A DNA stretch of 64,000 nucleotides from contig OX597833.1 of assembly GCA_951406725.2 (NCBI GenBank), positions 7,192,001 through 7,256,000 of the forward strand, given 5' to 3'. Source of the stretch: Octopus vulgaris. Taxonomy: Eukaryota. Each line of letters opens with the position of its first letter. The stretch's first letter is position 1. Shown here in pieces: positions 11,804 through 24,899 of this stretch. The translations under genes were made by a program, and so were the position numbers. The notes under the pieces were generated by a model. It made no database searches. It was given only the letters and a program-made list of their open reading frames with translations, and was not told where the DNA came from.

Positions 11804-12439
11804 ACGATATGCTCTGGCCCTTGTGTCGGTGGCACATAAAAAGCACCATCCGTTTGTGGCCGTTTGCCAGCTCTGTCTGGCACCTGTGCGGGTGGCACGT
11901 AAAAAGCACCCACTACACTCACGGAGTGGTTGGCATTAGGAAGGGCATCCAGCCGTAGAAACACTGCCAGATTTGACTGTGCCTGATGAAGCCTTCTGGC
12001 TTCACAGACCCCTGTAGAACCGTCCAACCCATGCTAGCATGGAAAACGGACGCTAAACGACGATGATGATGATGATGATTGGGATGATATGCCTGCTCTA
12101 TTAACAACTTGTGTTACGTATTAAACTGATAGTTTGTCAGCTCACGTATGCCTATATCTCCATAACTTAGCAGTTTGGCAAAAGAGACTGATAGAGTAAG
12201 TACCAGGTTTACAAAGAATAAGTCCTGGGGTCAATTTGCTCAACTAAAGGCAGTGCTCCAGCATGGCAGCTGTCAGATGACTGAAACAAACAAAAGAATA
12301 TTTCTATGGAAACACACCTGTTTCAATTAGTTTTGAAAACAATGAAGAACTTACTCAACTTTACCATTGTTGATCTCATGTTTGGAACTATAAATGAACA
12401 TAAATTTTAAATGGAAGGGTTTTGTTTTGACCATTTTAA

Positions 12440-12661
12440 CCCTTTCGTTACCATATTTCTGTCGAGATGCTCTGTGTTTCTTTCAATTAATTTTAAATAT
12501 AACAAAGAATTTAGTAAAAGCACTTAGTTATCTTTCAGCTAGTGTTAGGAACATAAATTGTGACTAAGGTTTGGTGGAAGGTTTTAATTCAGAACTTATG
12601 AAAACAGGACATTTGTACTACCGAGCCAGGGGCGGTTTCAGCCAGGTTGCGGTCAAAAGGG
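12440..12661. mobile_element. piggyBac-type MITE
   Basis: TTAA|CCCTTT...AAAGGG|TTAA; homologous to 31110-31323 and 32685-32887. Confidence 0.75.
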
Positions 12662-14425
12662 TTAAAACAGGAAATTTGCATCATAGAACCAAGAGAATTC
12701 TTGATTGGGTAAACGATACGAACAGAGCCATATTTGCCTCAGAACAGAATATTGAAATACCTGCTGTGTACTAAATGTCATTATTATTGTTGTAATTACA
12801 AATAGATAATTAAGAAGCATGGATTCATCTGAAATGTAGGAGCTGAGACTTGTTGTTGTTGCTTTTTGGCTGTTTTGTTGTTGTTTTTTTCTTTATTTTC
12901 ACTATTTGTCCATCTCTGCATGGACAACAAATAACTGAATTGTTTCATAATAAACATTGTTTTTTAAAAAAAAATTTTTTTTTTTTTAAACTTTCAACTT
13001 TTTGTTTTTATCTTTGAATGTCTCACAACAAACTCTACACGTTTGTGTGTGTGTGTATATTCACACACACACATATGCATGCATATACATTGTGTGTGTG
13101 AGTGTATTTATGCATACATATGGAAACACACAATGTTTATATATACCTGTGCACGCGCATGCATACACACACACATACACACACACACATAACCCTCATC
13201 TCCTTGCATAAAGACACGCTCAACTTCGTGGACCCTGTAGCCTTGTGAGCTGCATGGTGACCCTCGTTAGCGTGTGTGACATGAGAAATACACCCAATCC
13301 TCACTGGAAAGTGGCTGGCATTAAGGAGGGCATCCAACCATGCCAAACCCCATGGCTGGAGCACAATCCAGTCCCTTGGACCCATCAAATCCTGTTAAAC
13401 CAAAAACTATCCAGTTCATGCCAGCATAGAAAACAGGAACATTAAATGATGATGGATGATTATAGGGACCACTTTAAGTCCCTTGGGTTGTAAGTTACAA
13501 GGTGAATTTTAACTTGTGCTAGTGCCAAAGAAAAGCACCCAGTGCCCTCTGCAAGGTGGTTGACATTAAGAAGAATGTCCAAACCTTGAGATCATGTCTA
13601 AGTAGACACTGGAACATGATGCCCTTCAACTCATCAGATCAAACTGTCCAACCCATGCCAGCACGGAAGATGAGCTGTGAATAAGGATACTGATGATCAC
13701 ACACGTGTGCCCATGTGCAACTGTCTTCTTTCAGTTTCCATCTATCAAATCCAGTCTCGTGATTGATCAGCCTAGGGCTATAGTACAGCACACTTGAACA
13801 AGGTACTGCACAGTGGGACTGAACCTGAAACCTCATTGGTTCATCCATGCCTGTGTCCAACCCTGCCTACACACACATTTATGGACACACATATACACAT
13901 TATCCAAGTGAAAAGTTTTATTATTACGGATGTGAGCTGACACAACCATCAGCGCGGCAGACAAAATGCTTAGAAGCATTTCATCCAGTTTGTTATGTTT
14001 TGAGTTCAAATTCCACCAAAACTGACTTTGCCTTTCGCCCTTTAGGGATTGATAAAACAAAGTACCAGTCAAGTACCAAGATTGATAAAAATCAATCAGC
14101 ACCCTTTGTCTCCCTAAAATTGCTGGCTTTATCCCTAAATTTGAAACCATTATTATTATTATTATTATCATTATTATTATTATTATTATTGTGAAGGTGG
14201 TGAACTGGCAGAACTGTTAGCATGCTGGATGAAATACTTAGCAGTATTTTGGCTGTCTTCCCGTCCCGAGTTCAAATTGCACCAAGGTTGGCTTTGCCCT
14301 TCATCCTCCATTCAGGGTCGATAAATGAAGTACCAGTCGAGTCCTGGCATTGGTGTGATCGACTATCCCCCTCCCCTTAAAATCCTGGCCTTGTGCCTAT
14401 AGTAGAAAGGATTATTATTATTATT

Positions 14426-14708
14426 GGTGGGAAACTACCACCTGTGTCATCTCTTGTGAAAGGTAGGAGAGTCCAGTTTGCCGGACATTGTTGTAGAGCT
14501 GAAAAAGAGGTAATTTCTACTCTTTTCCTCTGGAAGCCATCTACTCGCAATACCAGAGGGCGCACACTCTCCTACCCTGATGTAATCTCCAGGGATACAG
14601 GCATCCAGCAACAGGACCTCCGTAATGCCATGATGGACCGTGAAGTCTGGTGTAGCATGGTAAATTCCATTGTCTCGACCACGGTCGAACAATGATGATT
14701 ATTATTAT
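14426..14708 (+). mobile_element. RTE-group LINE 3' end
   Basis: RRVQFAGHCCR...LWKP...GR..SYPD.I.RDTG...L..AM.DR..W then stop and (TGA)(TTA)n tail; inserted in (ATT)n. Confidence 0.8.
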
Positions 14709-15501
14709 TGTTGATTGGCAGAATTGTAGAGTGGTGGAATACATGCTCAGCAATATTTCTTCCGGCTCTTAATGTCCTGAGTTCAAACCTCACTGAGGTC
14801 AACTTTGCCTTTCATCCTTTCGAAGTCAATAAAATAAAGTACCAGCCATTTAGTGGGGGTCAGTGTCGTCTCCTTAAAATTGCTGGCATTGTGCCAAAAT
14901 TTGAAACAATTGTTCTTGTTTTTATTCTTATTCTTATTATTCACTTGTTGTTGTTGTTAATGCTGTGGATTTTAAAAAATATTTTTCTTTTCTTTTTATT
15001 GATTTATTTAAAAAAAAACAATTTCAATTTCGTTTTTGTTGTTGTTGTTGTTGTCACATCCTTTGCTTGGCCTGCCTCTATCTTATCTTGCTTCTTTTTT
15101 TTCTTTTTTCTTTTATTTTTTTCTTCTTCTTCTGGCTTGCTTTTTTAAACCTTTTTACCTCCTCCTCCTCTTGCCCTAACATCCCTCCTACTCCTCACCA
15201 CTCACCCTCCTTTTAATTAATTAAAATTTTTTTTTCCATAATATTTCTCTCTCTCTCTCTTTCCCTGTCATCCTCTCTTCCACTAATACCATCTGCTCTC
15301 TTCCTCTCTCTCTCTCTCTCTCTCTCTCCATTCCCCCTCCCCCCACTGGTTGGCGGTGGATGACAACATATACGGGTGTGGGTGGGTCTGTATTTCATCC
15401 TGTTTTTTTTCTCTCTCTCCTTCCTTTTTTTCTTTCTTCTTCTCTGGGGTCGGGGTTCGCCTTTTTTTTTTCCTTTTTTTTTTGAATGATAAAACCTGCA
15501 G

Positions 15502-15764
15502 AGTTTGCTGAAACAGATCAGCCTCGATGGCTACGAGAACAACGGTAACAACAACAACAACACCGGTACCATTGGCGGCAACGGAGAACAGCATCGCGCT
15601 GACGACGACCTGCTCTCATCTGACGGCAGCCCTGCCCCGACAGATGAGGACGATGACGAAGATGATGACACCATGCCACCAAAACCACCGCGACCGCTCT
15701 CAACGCCACCACCGTTAGTCACTACGACTACGGCTAAATGTTTGCCATGGAAACCAAAAGTGAG
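15502..15764 (+). CDS. STRIP1: STRIP1/2 exon 4 in window (acidic, low-complexity linker)
   Basis: ctgcag|; SLLKQISLDGYEN...DEDDDEDDD...KCLPWKPKV(R), cf. ALIKQDNLD...KGLPWAPKVR; |gtgagt. Confidence 0.93.
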
Positions 15765-15904
15765 GTGAGTAACCAAAGTTTGGATAATTGGCAGCGGGGA
15801 AGAGATGGGGCGGGGCAGAGGTTGTGAGTGGGGAAGATGCAGGGAGAGGTCCTCTTCGTTTGTTTGTATGTGGGAGTGGGTAATTCCATGTGTTTATTAA
15901 TGAT

Positions 15905-16105
15905 TCTGTGTGTGTGGTTTCATTTGTATGGGTGTGTGTTTGTGAGCAGTTCTGTGTGTGTGTGTGTGTCTGGTTTCATTTGTATGGGTGTGTGTTTGTG
16001 AGCAGTTCTGTGTGTGTGTGTGTGTAGTTTCATTTGTATGGGTGTGTGTTTGTGAGCAGTTCTGTGTGTGTGTGTGTGTGTGTGGGTGGTTTCATTTGTA
16101 TGGGC
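15905..16105. repeat. tandem repeat, unit about 55 bp
   Basis: gtttcatttgtatgggtgtgtgtttgtgagcagttctgtgtgtg about 4 times. Confidence 0.9.
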
Positions 16106-17098
16106 TTTCTAGCTACATGGTTTCGGGTTCAGTCCCACTGCGTGGCACTTTGGGTAGGTGTCTTCTGCTATAGCCCCGAGCCGACCGAAGCTTTGTGATT
16201 GAATTCGGCAGGCGGAAGTTACTGCTGTGTGTGTACATGTACGTGTAGGTGCTTGTGCCTCTCCCAAAGAGAGAGAGGGTGTGTGTTTGTGAGCAGTTCT
16301 GTGTGTGTAAGAGTAGTTCTCTGTATGTGTGTGTGTGTGGGGGGGTTCCATTTGTATGGTTGTGTGTATGTGTGTGAGTGGTTTCTGTTTGTGTATGAAA
16401 GATCACATTTCCAGATATGTGCTGGGTCTCCAAATGTGTGTAAGTATCTCCGTTTGATTTATCGGGGTCAATAAATGAAGTACCAGTCGAGTATTGGCAT
16501 TGATGTGATCGACTATCCCCCTCCCCTTAAAATCCTGGCCCTGTGCCTATAAGGCTGTGTGTGTGGTATATTAGTGCTTTATGCTCACTTTTTCTCTTTT
16601 TGCCCTTTCTGTCCTCCATACTTTTAATTATCTCTTACAATGTGTAGGGACATGGGTGTATCTGTTTCAAAACCAGGGTCTGCACAGTAACATGTGTGGA
16701 ACATCATGTGATCGACCAGACTATCAGACATTGTTGTACATCGCTGATCACAGTGCACTTTGCATCATTTCTTTAGCTTTCAAATGTTGCCACCTCAATG
16801 GCTAGGCAAGCCGGCCAACATTCTTCCTGATTGGAAGTCCAGTCCATTTACTACTGAATGGACTGGAGCAACATGAAATGAAGTGTCTTGCTCAAGAACA
16901 CAACATACAGCCTGGTCCAGCCAGGAATCAAACTCACTACCTCATGATTATGAGGGCAACACCCTAACCACTTGGCCATGCGCTGTCATGTGGAATGTAA
17001 ATGGTGTGAAAGACTTCTTGGTCTTTGGGTTATGAAGCCAGCATAAGGTATTGTTTGTCATAGCTCACCAAAGGTATTGTTTGTCATAGCTCACCAAA

Positions 17099-17498
17099 GG
17101 CGCAGGAGTGGCTGTGTGGTAAGTAGCTTGCTAACCAACCACATGGTTCTGGGTTCAGTCCCACTGCGTGGCATCTTGGGCAAGTGTCTTCTGCTATAGC
17201 CCCGGGCCGACCAATGCCTTATGAGTGGATTTGGTAGAGGGAAACTGAAAGAAGCCTGTCGTATATATGTATATATGTATATGTGTGTGTGTGTTTGTGT
17301 TTGTCCCCCTAGCATTGCTTGACAACCGATGCTGGTGTGTTTACGTCCCCGTCACTTAGCGGTTCGTCAAAAGAGACCGATAGAATAAGTACTGGGCTTA
17401 CAAAGAATAAGTCCCGGGGTCGATTTGCTCGACTAAAGGCGGTGCTCCAGCATGGCCGCAGTCAAATGACTGAAACAAATAAAAGAGTAAAGAGTAAA
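17099..17498 (+). mobile_element. SINE family A, full length
   Basis: As above; preceded by a 26-bp tandem duplication at 17045-17096. Confidence 0.88.
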
Positions 17499-17591
17499 CT
17501 GTTGATGGTGTGTGAAATAGAGATGAATGTAAAAGACATGTCTTTGGAAATTGTCATTCTGAAGAATTCTCTTCTGTTTTTGTTTTAACAG

Positions 17592-17721
17592 GTTAAAAGA
17601 TCTGGAATTGTTTCTGGACCAGACCAGAGCCAAATTTGTTGGTTTTCAAGTAAAAGGTGATCACAGTTCTTTGGCTGGTCTTCCACAGCCAATTCACGAA
17701 GGAGTCAAGGTGCTCCGTGAA
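17592..17721 (+). CDS. STRIP1: STRIP1/2 exon 5 in window
   Basis: ttttaacag|; LKDLELFLDQTRAKFVGFQVKGDHSSLAGLPQPIHEGVKVLRE; |gtaagt. Confidence 0.96.
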
Positions 17722-18003
17722 GTAAGTTGCTTTTTACCCCTTTTCATTGTTGCCAATCCTATTAATTCTAGTCCTTATCTGACAGACCTATGATCAAAGG
17801 TGTTCTAACCATGACCATCCTGATCAAGATTATTGAAGGGTTTCAGCTTCTTTTAAAAATGATAAGGTGTGGTTTGAGGAAAACTTGACTGTTATTTCTG
17901 ACCTGTCAGGTGCCTGCTTACAAACTCTTTTACCTTGTGCATTTGGTATGTGTAATGTGTAATATATAAAAAGTATATTTAATGAGATATATATATATAT
18001 ATA

Positions 18004-18165
18004 GGGAGAGTTTACGAAAAAAAGAAAAGACGAAGACAGGTGGTGTAGAAAGGAATTGAAAGAGTCTTTAACGTTTTGAGTCTATGCTCTTCTACAGAAA
18101 GGGACACAGAAAAAAACAAGGAGAGAAAATAATGTGTGTAGTGGCTACCGATCTATCATGGCGAC
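18004..18165 (-). mobile_element. short hammerhead-like-motif element, family copy 2 (degenerate)
   Basis: Aligns by eye to 51215-51412; core reads CTGTAGA A GAGC-ATAG-ACTC AAAAC GTT on - strand. Confidence 0.6.
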
Positions 18166-18355
18166 TATATGCATATATAGCCGACCACCAACACTTTGTT
18201 TTTGCAAAATAGGGGTAGCTTATCCTGTGCAGGCTATATTATTAGCATTATCTTGCATTTGAGAATTTTAAAAAATCACTTCTTTAACTTTCTAAGACAT
18301 CTCAACGCTTCTAAAGCAAACTTCTTTCGTTTGTTTACGTTCAGCGTGATTTGAA

Positions 18356-18415
<60 letters not shown>

Positions 18416-19383
18416 TTGTTTGTTCAACTGTTATACATTAGTTGGTTAGAGAGGTTGAGGGAGAGAGGAGTGAAGACAGAAGAGAGGAAGAAATAGAGAA
18501 AGGTGATTAATATCAATACACATGATCAGCTGAAGGTAGAAGTGTAGTGGGGTGGGGAAGGAATACTTACCGTGTGGTTAAGAAGTTAGCTGGAGGGAAA
18601 GACATAGGAGGCAGTTATATTGAGAGAGAGAGAGGCAGATAGCAGTTTTGGTGGTGGTGGTGTGTTGATAGTGAAAAGTATTTTTTTTATTGAACCAATT
18701 TTTTTTATAACGACCATCACATCTGCATAAGTGCAATTATTTATCATCTGCTCACTTAAAAAAAAAAAAGATTAGTATTTGTTCATAAGGGTTAATTTAA
18801 CCTGAACTCAGGATTCACAAGAAACATTGTTGCAAGGTTCCCCGAGAAAGGATGCTCAGATATCGAGCATAGATCAGAGAGGAACGGCGATGAGATGTAA
18901 TATAAAGAGGAGAAAGACAACACTGATGGAGACATGAAGAAATGAATAGAGACGAATGACGTTTATCTTATATCTATATATATATATATATATATATATC
19001 ATCATCATCATTGTTTAACGTCCGCTTTCCATGCTAGTATGGGTTGGACGATTTGACTGAGGTCTGGCAAAGCAGATGGCTACACGAGACTCCAATCTGA
19101 TCTGGCAGAGTTTCTACAGCTGGATGCCCTTCCTAATGCCAACCACTCCGAGAGTGTAGTGGGTGCTTTTTACATGCCACCGGCACGAGGGCCAGTCGGG
19201 CGGTACTGGCAGCAGCCACGCTCAAATGGTGCATTTTATGTGCCACCTGCACAGGAGCCAGTCCAGTGGCACTGGCAACGACCTCACTCGAATGGTTTTT
19301 CACGTGCCTGAATATTTGAATGTTTTTCATATATATATATACTCTTTTACTCCTTACCAGTATTTTTTGTTCTTCTTTCGCAG

Positions 19384-19455
19384 CACTTGTACATCTCTCT
19401 GTCTGAAATACAAATCAAACGAGAGGATGAAATTGCTAAAAATCCATTTTCCATG
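19384..19455 (+). CDS. STRIP1: STRIP1/2 exon 6 in window
   Basis: ttcgcag|; HLYISLSEIQIKREDEIAKNPFSM; |gtaagt; 72 nt. Confidence 0.94.
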
Positions 19456-19712
19456 GTAAGTTTTCTTCATTTCCATTTCCGATTCCAAAGTCTGTCGTCC
19501 TTCTTAAAAAAAAAAATGGAAATCATTATTAGATATTATATAAGTCTGCTAATAGCTATGTTGTTCTAATCCCTTTTGGTGGGGCTGTTGACAGTTTCTG
19601 TCTTAGCAGTGCTTAACTAGGGGCCACAGATCCCCAGGGATTCACAAAGATTCACAAAGTGGAGACCAAAGAGCTGTGTTCAGAAGTTTAGAAAGTTCCA
19701 AAGTAAAATTAA

Positions 19713-20000
19713 TAATTACTCAATCACAAAAATTTCTAAATTATTCATTTATATCTAATTACTCAGTCTTGCATAATTACTCATTGATATCAAATTACTC
19801 AGTTATGCACAATTACTCAGTTGTGCTTAATTGCACAGTTGTGTATAATTACTCATATTTAATTACTCAGTTGTGCATAATTGCTCATTGATGTTTAATT
19901 ACTCAATTATGCATAATTACTCAGTTATGCTTAATTACTCAGTTGTGCTTAATTGCTCATTTATATCGAATTGCTCAGTTATGCATAATTACTCATTTAC
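19713..20000. repeat. 18-bp minisatellite
   Basis: aattactcagttatgcat-type units, about 15 copies. Confidence 0.9.
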
Positions 20001-20266
20001 ATCACATGAGAGGAGGAACAGGGAAAATGAATTAGAGCAATGGAAAAAATGCCTTGTGGTGTTTTCTTCTGTCCCTTTATGCTCTGAGTTTAAATGCTGT
20101 CAAGGTCAGCTTTTCCTTTCATCTTTTCAGGGTTGAAAAAGTAAAGTACCAGTAATTACTGGAATCGGTGGTATCCGACGATTCCCCATCCCCTGGAAAT
20201 TGCAGTCCTTGAGCCTGAATCCCCAAAATGTTGAATTTTGACAATTTCTTTTCATTTCTGTTTCAG

Positions 20267-20341
20267 CCAGAAAAAGAAATCCCCAACACCCCCACTGAAC
20301 TCTTGTACCAGGCTCTTCTGCCAAGTCTACCACAGTATAGT
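20267..20341 (+). CDS. STRIP1: STRIP1/2 exon 7 in window
   Basis: tttcag|; PEKEIPNTPTELLYQALLPSLPQYS; |gtaagt; 75 nt. Confidence 0.94.
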
Positions 20342-20787
20342 GTAAGTTTCCACACACAGTTTTTGTTTTACAGACATTACACTGGATATATATATATATG
20401 TATATATATTGTTGCTATTATGTTAAACTGTCGTATGTCCAAATGTGGCCAAATGCATTTTTTTCAACGTTTATTTTTGTTTGCAATAGCCAGTTCTTGT
20501 GGGGGCTAATGTGTGTGCGGGTTTGGGGTCTTTTTTTTTTTTCTTTCTTTTTTCAGATCCCAAAATATCAAAAATTGTCAAAGTGTAATGCAACGGTTTT
20601 GCTATGGAATGGCAACACAATTGCTTTAGTTTTCTGAAAAAAAGCAACATTTTGAACTTACGACACTTTTGCATAATAGCAATGATATATATATATATAT
20701 ATATATACCTTAACTGATTATATATGGTTATCTCTCTCTCCTCTTCTCTCCCTCTCTGTCTCTCTCTATATATATATATATATATGT

Positions 20788-21097
20788 GGAGGCGCAATGG
20801 CCCAGTGGTTAGGGTAGCGGACTCATGGTTGTACAATCGCGGTTTCAATTCCCACACCGGGCATTGTGAGTGTTTATTAAGCCAAAAACACCTAAAGCTC
20901 CACGAGGCTCCAGCAGGGGGTGGTGGCGATCCCTGCTGTACTCTTTCGCCACAACTTTCTCACACTCTTTATTCTGTTGGCCTGCTCGCTTAGACAGCGG
21001 GGTGGCATCATTTGAAGGCTAAAACAATGCGAAGTGCATTGTGACCAGCGATGTGTAGCTACATCTGATAGCCTGGTCAGTCACGTGATCACGTGAT
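20788..21097 (+). mobile_element. SINE: family-B head with alternative tail
   Basis: B head to about 20970, then a tail shared with the - strand element at 16702-16985. Confidence 0.8.
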
Positions 21098-22083
21098 ATA
21101 TATTTATGTATGTATACACACATATATATTTATTTGTATGAGTGAGTGGACAAATGAAGGAAAGAGGCACTCCACTTATTTAGAAGGAGTTATATTTCTA
21201 TTTAAAACAGGTTGATTTGGCTCTGTGCAATTTAAAATTTCATAGATTCCTTACAAGTGCTCAGCCACTTGCATGTTTAATTTCACGAGCAGGCTGTTCC
21301 GTTGATCAGATCAACTGGAACCCTCGTCGTTGTTGTAACTGACTGAGTGCCAGGTTCCTTACAGAATGCCCCTATGTATGCATGTGTATAGTACTCAACA
21401 TAGCATTAATGAATAAATACGTTTTTTCATTTGTGGATTTTTGATCCTATCTCAGGTTTCATGCAATTAGAGTTTGCAATTTGCATGTGTTAATTGTAAT
21501 TGCATCAAACACATAAATTAGAATAAAAAATCCACAAATGATGATGATGATGATCATCATTATTTAACGTTCGTTTTCCATGCTAGCATGGGTTGGACGG
21601 TTCAACTGGGGTCTGGGAAGCCAGAAGGCTGCACCAGGCCCAGTCTGATTTGGCAGTGTTTCTACAGCTGGATGCCCTTCCTAACGCCAACCACTCCGTG
21701 AGTGTAGTGGGTGCTTTTTACATACCACCTGCACAGGTGCCAGACGAGGCTGGCAAATGGCCACTATCGGATGGTGCTTTTTACGTGCCACCGGCACGGG
21801 GGCCAGTTGGGGCGGCACTGGCAACGGCCATGTTCGGGTGGCTCTCTTACGTGCCATCGGCACTGGTATCACAGCTACAATTTCCATTGATGTTGATCGA
21901 TTTCAATTTTGATTTTCACTTGAAAGTATTTATCCATCTGTGCAATGTCGACTACTCATTCTTATTACTTGTCACTAACACACACACACTCTCTCTCTCT
22001 CCCCCTCATACACTGGCGTGTAGTTACTGTACCCCAGGTTTCCATACAAACCTAATATATACTCCCATGTTTTTCCGTTCCAG

Positions 22084-22169
22084 ATTGCTCTCCTCAAGAT
22101 ACTCCTGGCAGCTTGTCCTACTTCAAAAACAAAATCAGAATCCATCAATATCCTCACTGATGTTCTGCC
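22084..22169 (+). CDS. STRIP1: STRIP1/2 exon 8 in window
   Basis: ttccag|; IALLKILLAACPTSKTKSESINILTDVL(P); |gtgagt; not in the ORF track frame list, read manually. Confidence 0.95.
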
Positions 22170-22349
22170 GTGAGTTTCAAAATTTCATGATTTCTCTGTC
22201 TTTCATCTGGGCTTGATTAAACCATCTACCAGTAATATACTGGGCCATCAATATAAAACCCTATCTTTTATTTCATATATCATCTTTTTCTGGTTGTTAC
22301 ATATATTCTACAACACTAAAACTTTTCTCTTACCTTAAGATATTTACCA

Positions 22350-22398
<49 letters not shown>

Positions 22399-22402
22399 GG
22401 TT

Positions 22403-22645
22403 GAGGCGCAATGGCCCAGTGGTTAGGGCAGAGGACTCGCGGTCAGAGGATCGCGGTTTCAATTCCCAGACTGGGCGTTGTGTTTGTTTATTGAGGGAAA
22501 ACACCCAAAGCGCCACGAGACTCTGGCAGGGGGTGGTGGCGACCCCTGTTGTGCTCTTTCGCCCCAACTTTCTCTCACTCTTTCTTCTTGTTTCTTGAGT
22601 AACAATGCGATGGACTGGTGTCCTGTCCAGCTGGTGGGGAACTCA
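22403..22645 (+). mobile_element. SINE: family-B head with a third tail
   Basis: B head to about 22590, then gcgatggactggtgtcctgtccagctgg. Confidence 0.75.
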
Positions 22646-23059
22646 TTAAGTTAATGACATCACTTCATTTGCATATGTTAATTATATTAATTAGGGCATT
22701 TTTTTGAATAAGGCATTTTGTTACTAACCCTGACCATCCCACCTTGCATTTATCTTTCTTACTGGACACTTCCTGATAGCCATAGCACCAGCTGTGATCA
22801 GCTGGCAAGGCATTTAAGTCATTACTTCCCCTCTTCTTTGTCGCCCTAATTAATATTTATCATTTACCAGTGTAGTTTTCTAATTTCTTTAATGTATTCA
22901 TGTGATGGTGGTGGAGTGTTTCTTCCCTTCCACCCCCACCACAACCACACCTGTAATCCATTACCTGTACTATGTAATTAACATTAGCACTGTCATGAAG
23001 GTCACCACATCACCATTCAGCTGTTAAACTGGGCAGCAGCAAGAATATAAACTAGCCAA

Positions 23060-23582
23060 CCATCACCACCACCACCACCACCACCACTATCACCCACCCA
23101 CTACACCACCACCACCACCACCACCACCACTATCACCACCACCACCACCACCACCACTACTACTGCCACCACCACCACTATCACCACCACCACTATCACC
23201 ATCACCACCACCACCACCACCACCACCACCACCACCACCACCACCACCACCACCACCATCACCACCACCACCACCACTATCACCCACCACCACCACCACC
23301 ACCACCACCACCACCACCACCACCACCACCACCACCATCACCACCACCACCACCATCACCATCACCACCACCACCACCACCACTATCACCACCACCACAA
23401 CCACTACTACTGCCACCACCACCACAGCTACTACTACTGCTGTCTCTACATTCACTACCACCATCACCACATTTATTAATACTATTACTACTACCATTAC
23501 TAACTGTAATGTTACTATTATTTGTACTACCACCACTGCTGAACCAGCTCTAATCCATACTGTCATTACTACTACCACTACT
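23060..23582. repeat. (CAC)n/(TAC)n trinucleotide array
   Basis: Directly visible. Confidence 0.95.
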
Positions 23583-23819
23583 AAGGTGGGGGTGAGCTGG
23601 CAGAATCGGTAGCACACCGGGCGAAATGCTTAGCAGTACTTCATCTGTCGTTACGTTCTGAGTTCAAATTCCACCGAGGTCGACTTTACCTTTCATCCTT
23701 TCGGGGTCGATTAAACAAGTACCAGTTACGTACTGGGGTCGATGTAATCGACTTGATCCCCTTGTCTGTCCTTGTTTGTCCCCTCTATGTTTAGCTCCCT
23801 TGAGGGCAATAAAGAAATA
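23583..23819 (+). mobile_element. SINE family C
   Basis: gagctggcagaa...gagttcaaattcc...tttcatcctttcggggtcgat..aagtaccag. Further copies at about 13940-14150, 14194-14410, 14715-14908, 24147-24245, 25842-26330, 29440-29610, 47428-47630, 51615-51808 (-). Confidence 0.85.
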
Positions 23820-23844
23820 ATTACTAATACCACTTTCACACACA

Positions 23845-23879
<35 letters not shown>

Positions 23880-24072
23880 ATTAACAGTCACACCTGTCAT
23901 GAAGCCCACCACCATTTACCTGTATGTCATTGTATGTTCATTAACTTTCCTTCCTTCCTTCCATTCCAGCCACCTTACAAACGACCAAGAGCCAGATACC
24001 CAAAACATAAGGTTGCCACCTTTTTTTAACCTCTCTCTCTCTCTCATGTTTCTTTTGTCTGTATCATTATTA

Positions 24073-24106
<34 letters not shown>

Positions 24107-24359
24107 CATTATTATCATTATTATTATTATTGTTATTATTATTATTAAGGCAGTGAGCTGGCAGAATCGTTACCTTGTCAGGCAAAATGCTTAGCAGCAT
24201 TTTGTCCATTTTTATGACCTGGGTTCAACTTCCGCTAGTGTCAGCTTACATCCCCACCCCTCACATTTTCTGGCCATGTACTCAAAATGAGAAAGTGTTG
24301 TTATTGTTGTTGTTATTATTATTTATATTATTGTTGTTGTTGTTGTTGTTATTATTATT

Positions 24360-24857
24360 CTATGTTTGACTTTTGCTTTATATTTGCACAAGTTGGCTCC
24401 AAGTCTCACTCAGGGACCTCAAGAGACAACAAATTGGAAGTTCATGTTGATTTTATGCCTAGGGTGCCATATATTTGGTTTTGTACTTAGTGTTGTACTA
24501 GTGAATGCCTAAAAATACCATACGAAAATTATGTTTGTTTTAAAACTTGAGATTACATAGAAAGTATTTTGCGTAGGATATTATTATTATTTATATTATT
24601 TTTGTTGTTGTTGTTATTATTATTGTTATTATTATTATTCTATGTTTGACTTTTGCTTTACATTTGCACAAGTTGGCTCCAAGTCTCACCCAGAGACCTC
24701 GAGAGACAACAAGTTGGAAGTTTGTGTTGGTGTTATACGTAGGGTGTCAAATATTTGGTTTTGTACTTAGTGTTGTACTAGTGAATGTCTAAAAAAACAT
24801 ATGAAAATTATGTTTGTTTTAAAACTTGAGATTACATAGAAAGTATTTTGCATACGA

Positions 24858-24859
<2 letters not shown>
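24360..24859 (-). mobile_element. two tandem 3' ends of an R4/Dong-like LINE
   Basis: 24360-24580 and 24640-24859 are similar copies starting ILRKILSM* on - strand, separated and flanked by (TAA/TAT)n. Confidence 0.6.

Positions 24860-24899
<40 letters not shown>

Noticed and set aside
19713-20000. Regular short repeats as a possible CRISPR array (also 4810-5360)
   Set aside because: Head-to-tail degenerate units without unique spacers, in a eukaryotic intron, with no cas genes
20261-20270. Second acceptor AG 4 nt downstream at exon 7 (tttcagccag)
   Set aside because: Use would shift the frame; the upstream AG keeps phase
21593-22216. 207-aa ORF
   Set aside because: Family-D repeat plus intron read-through; the true exon 8 is in another frame
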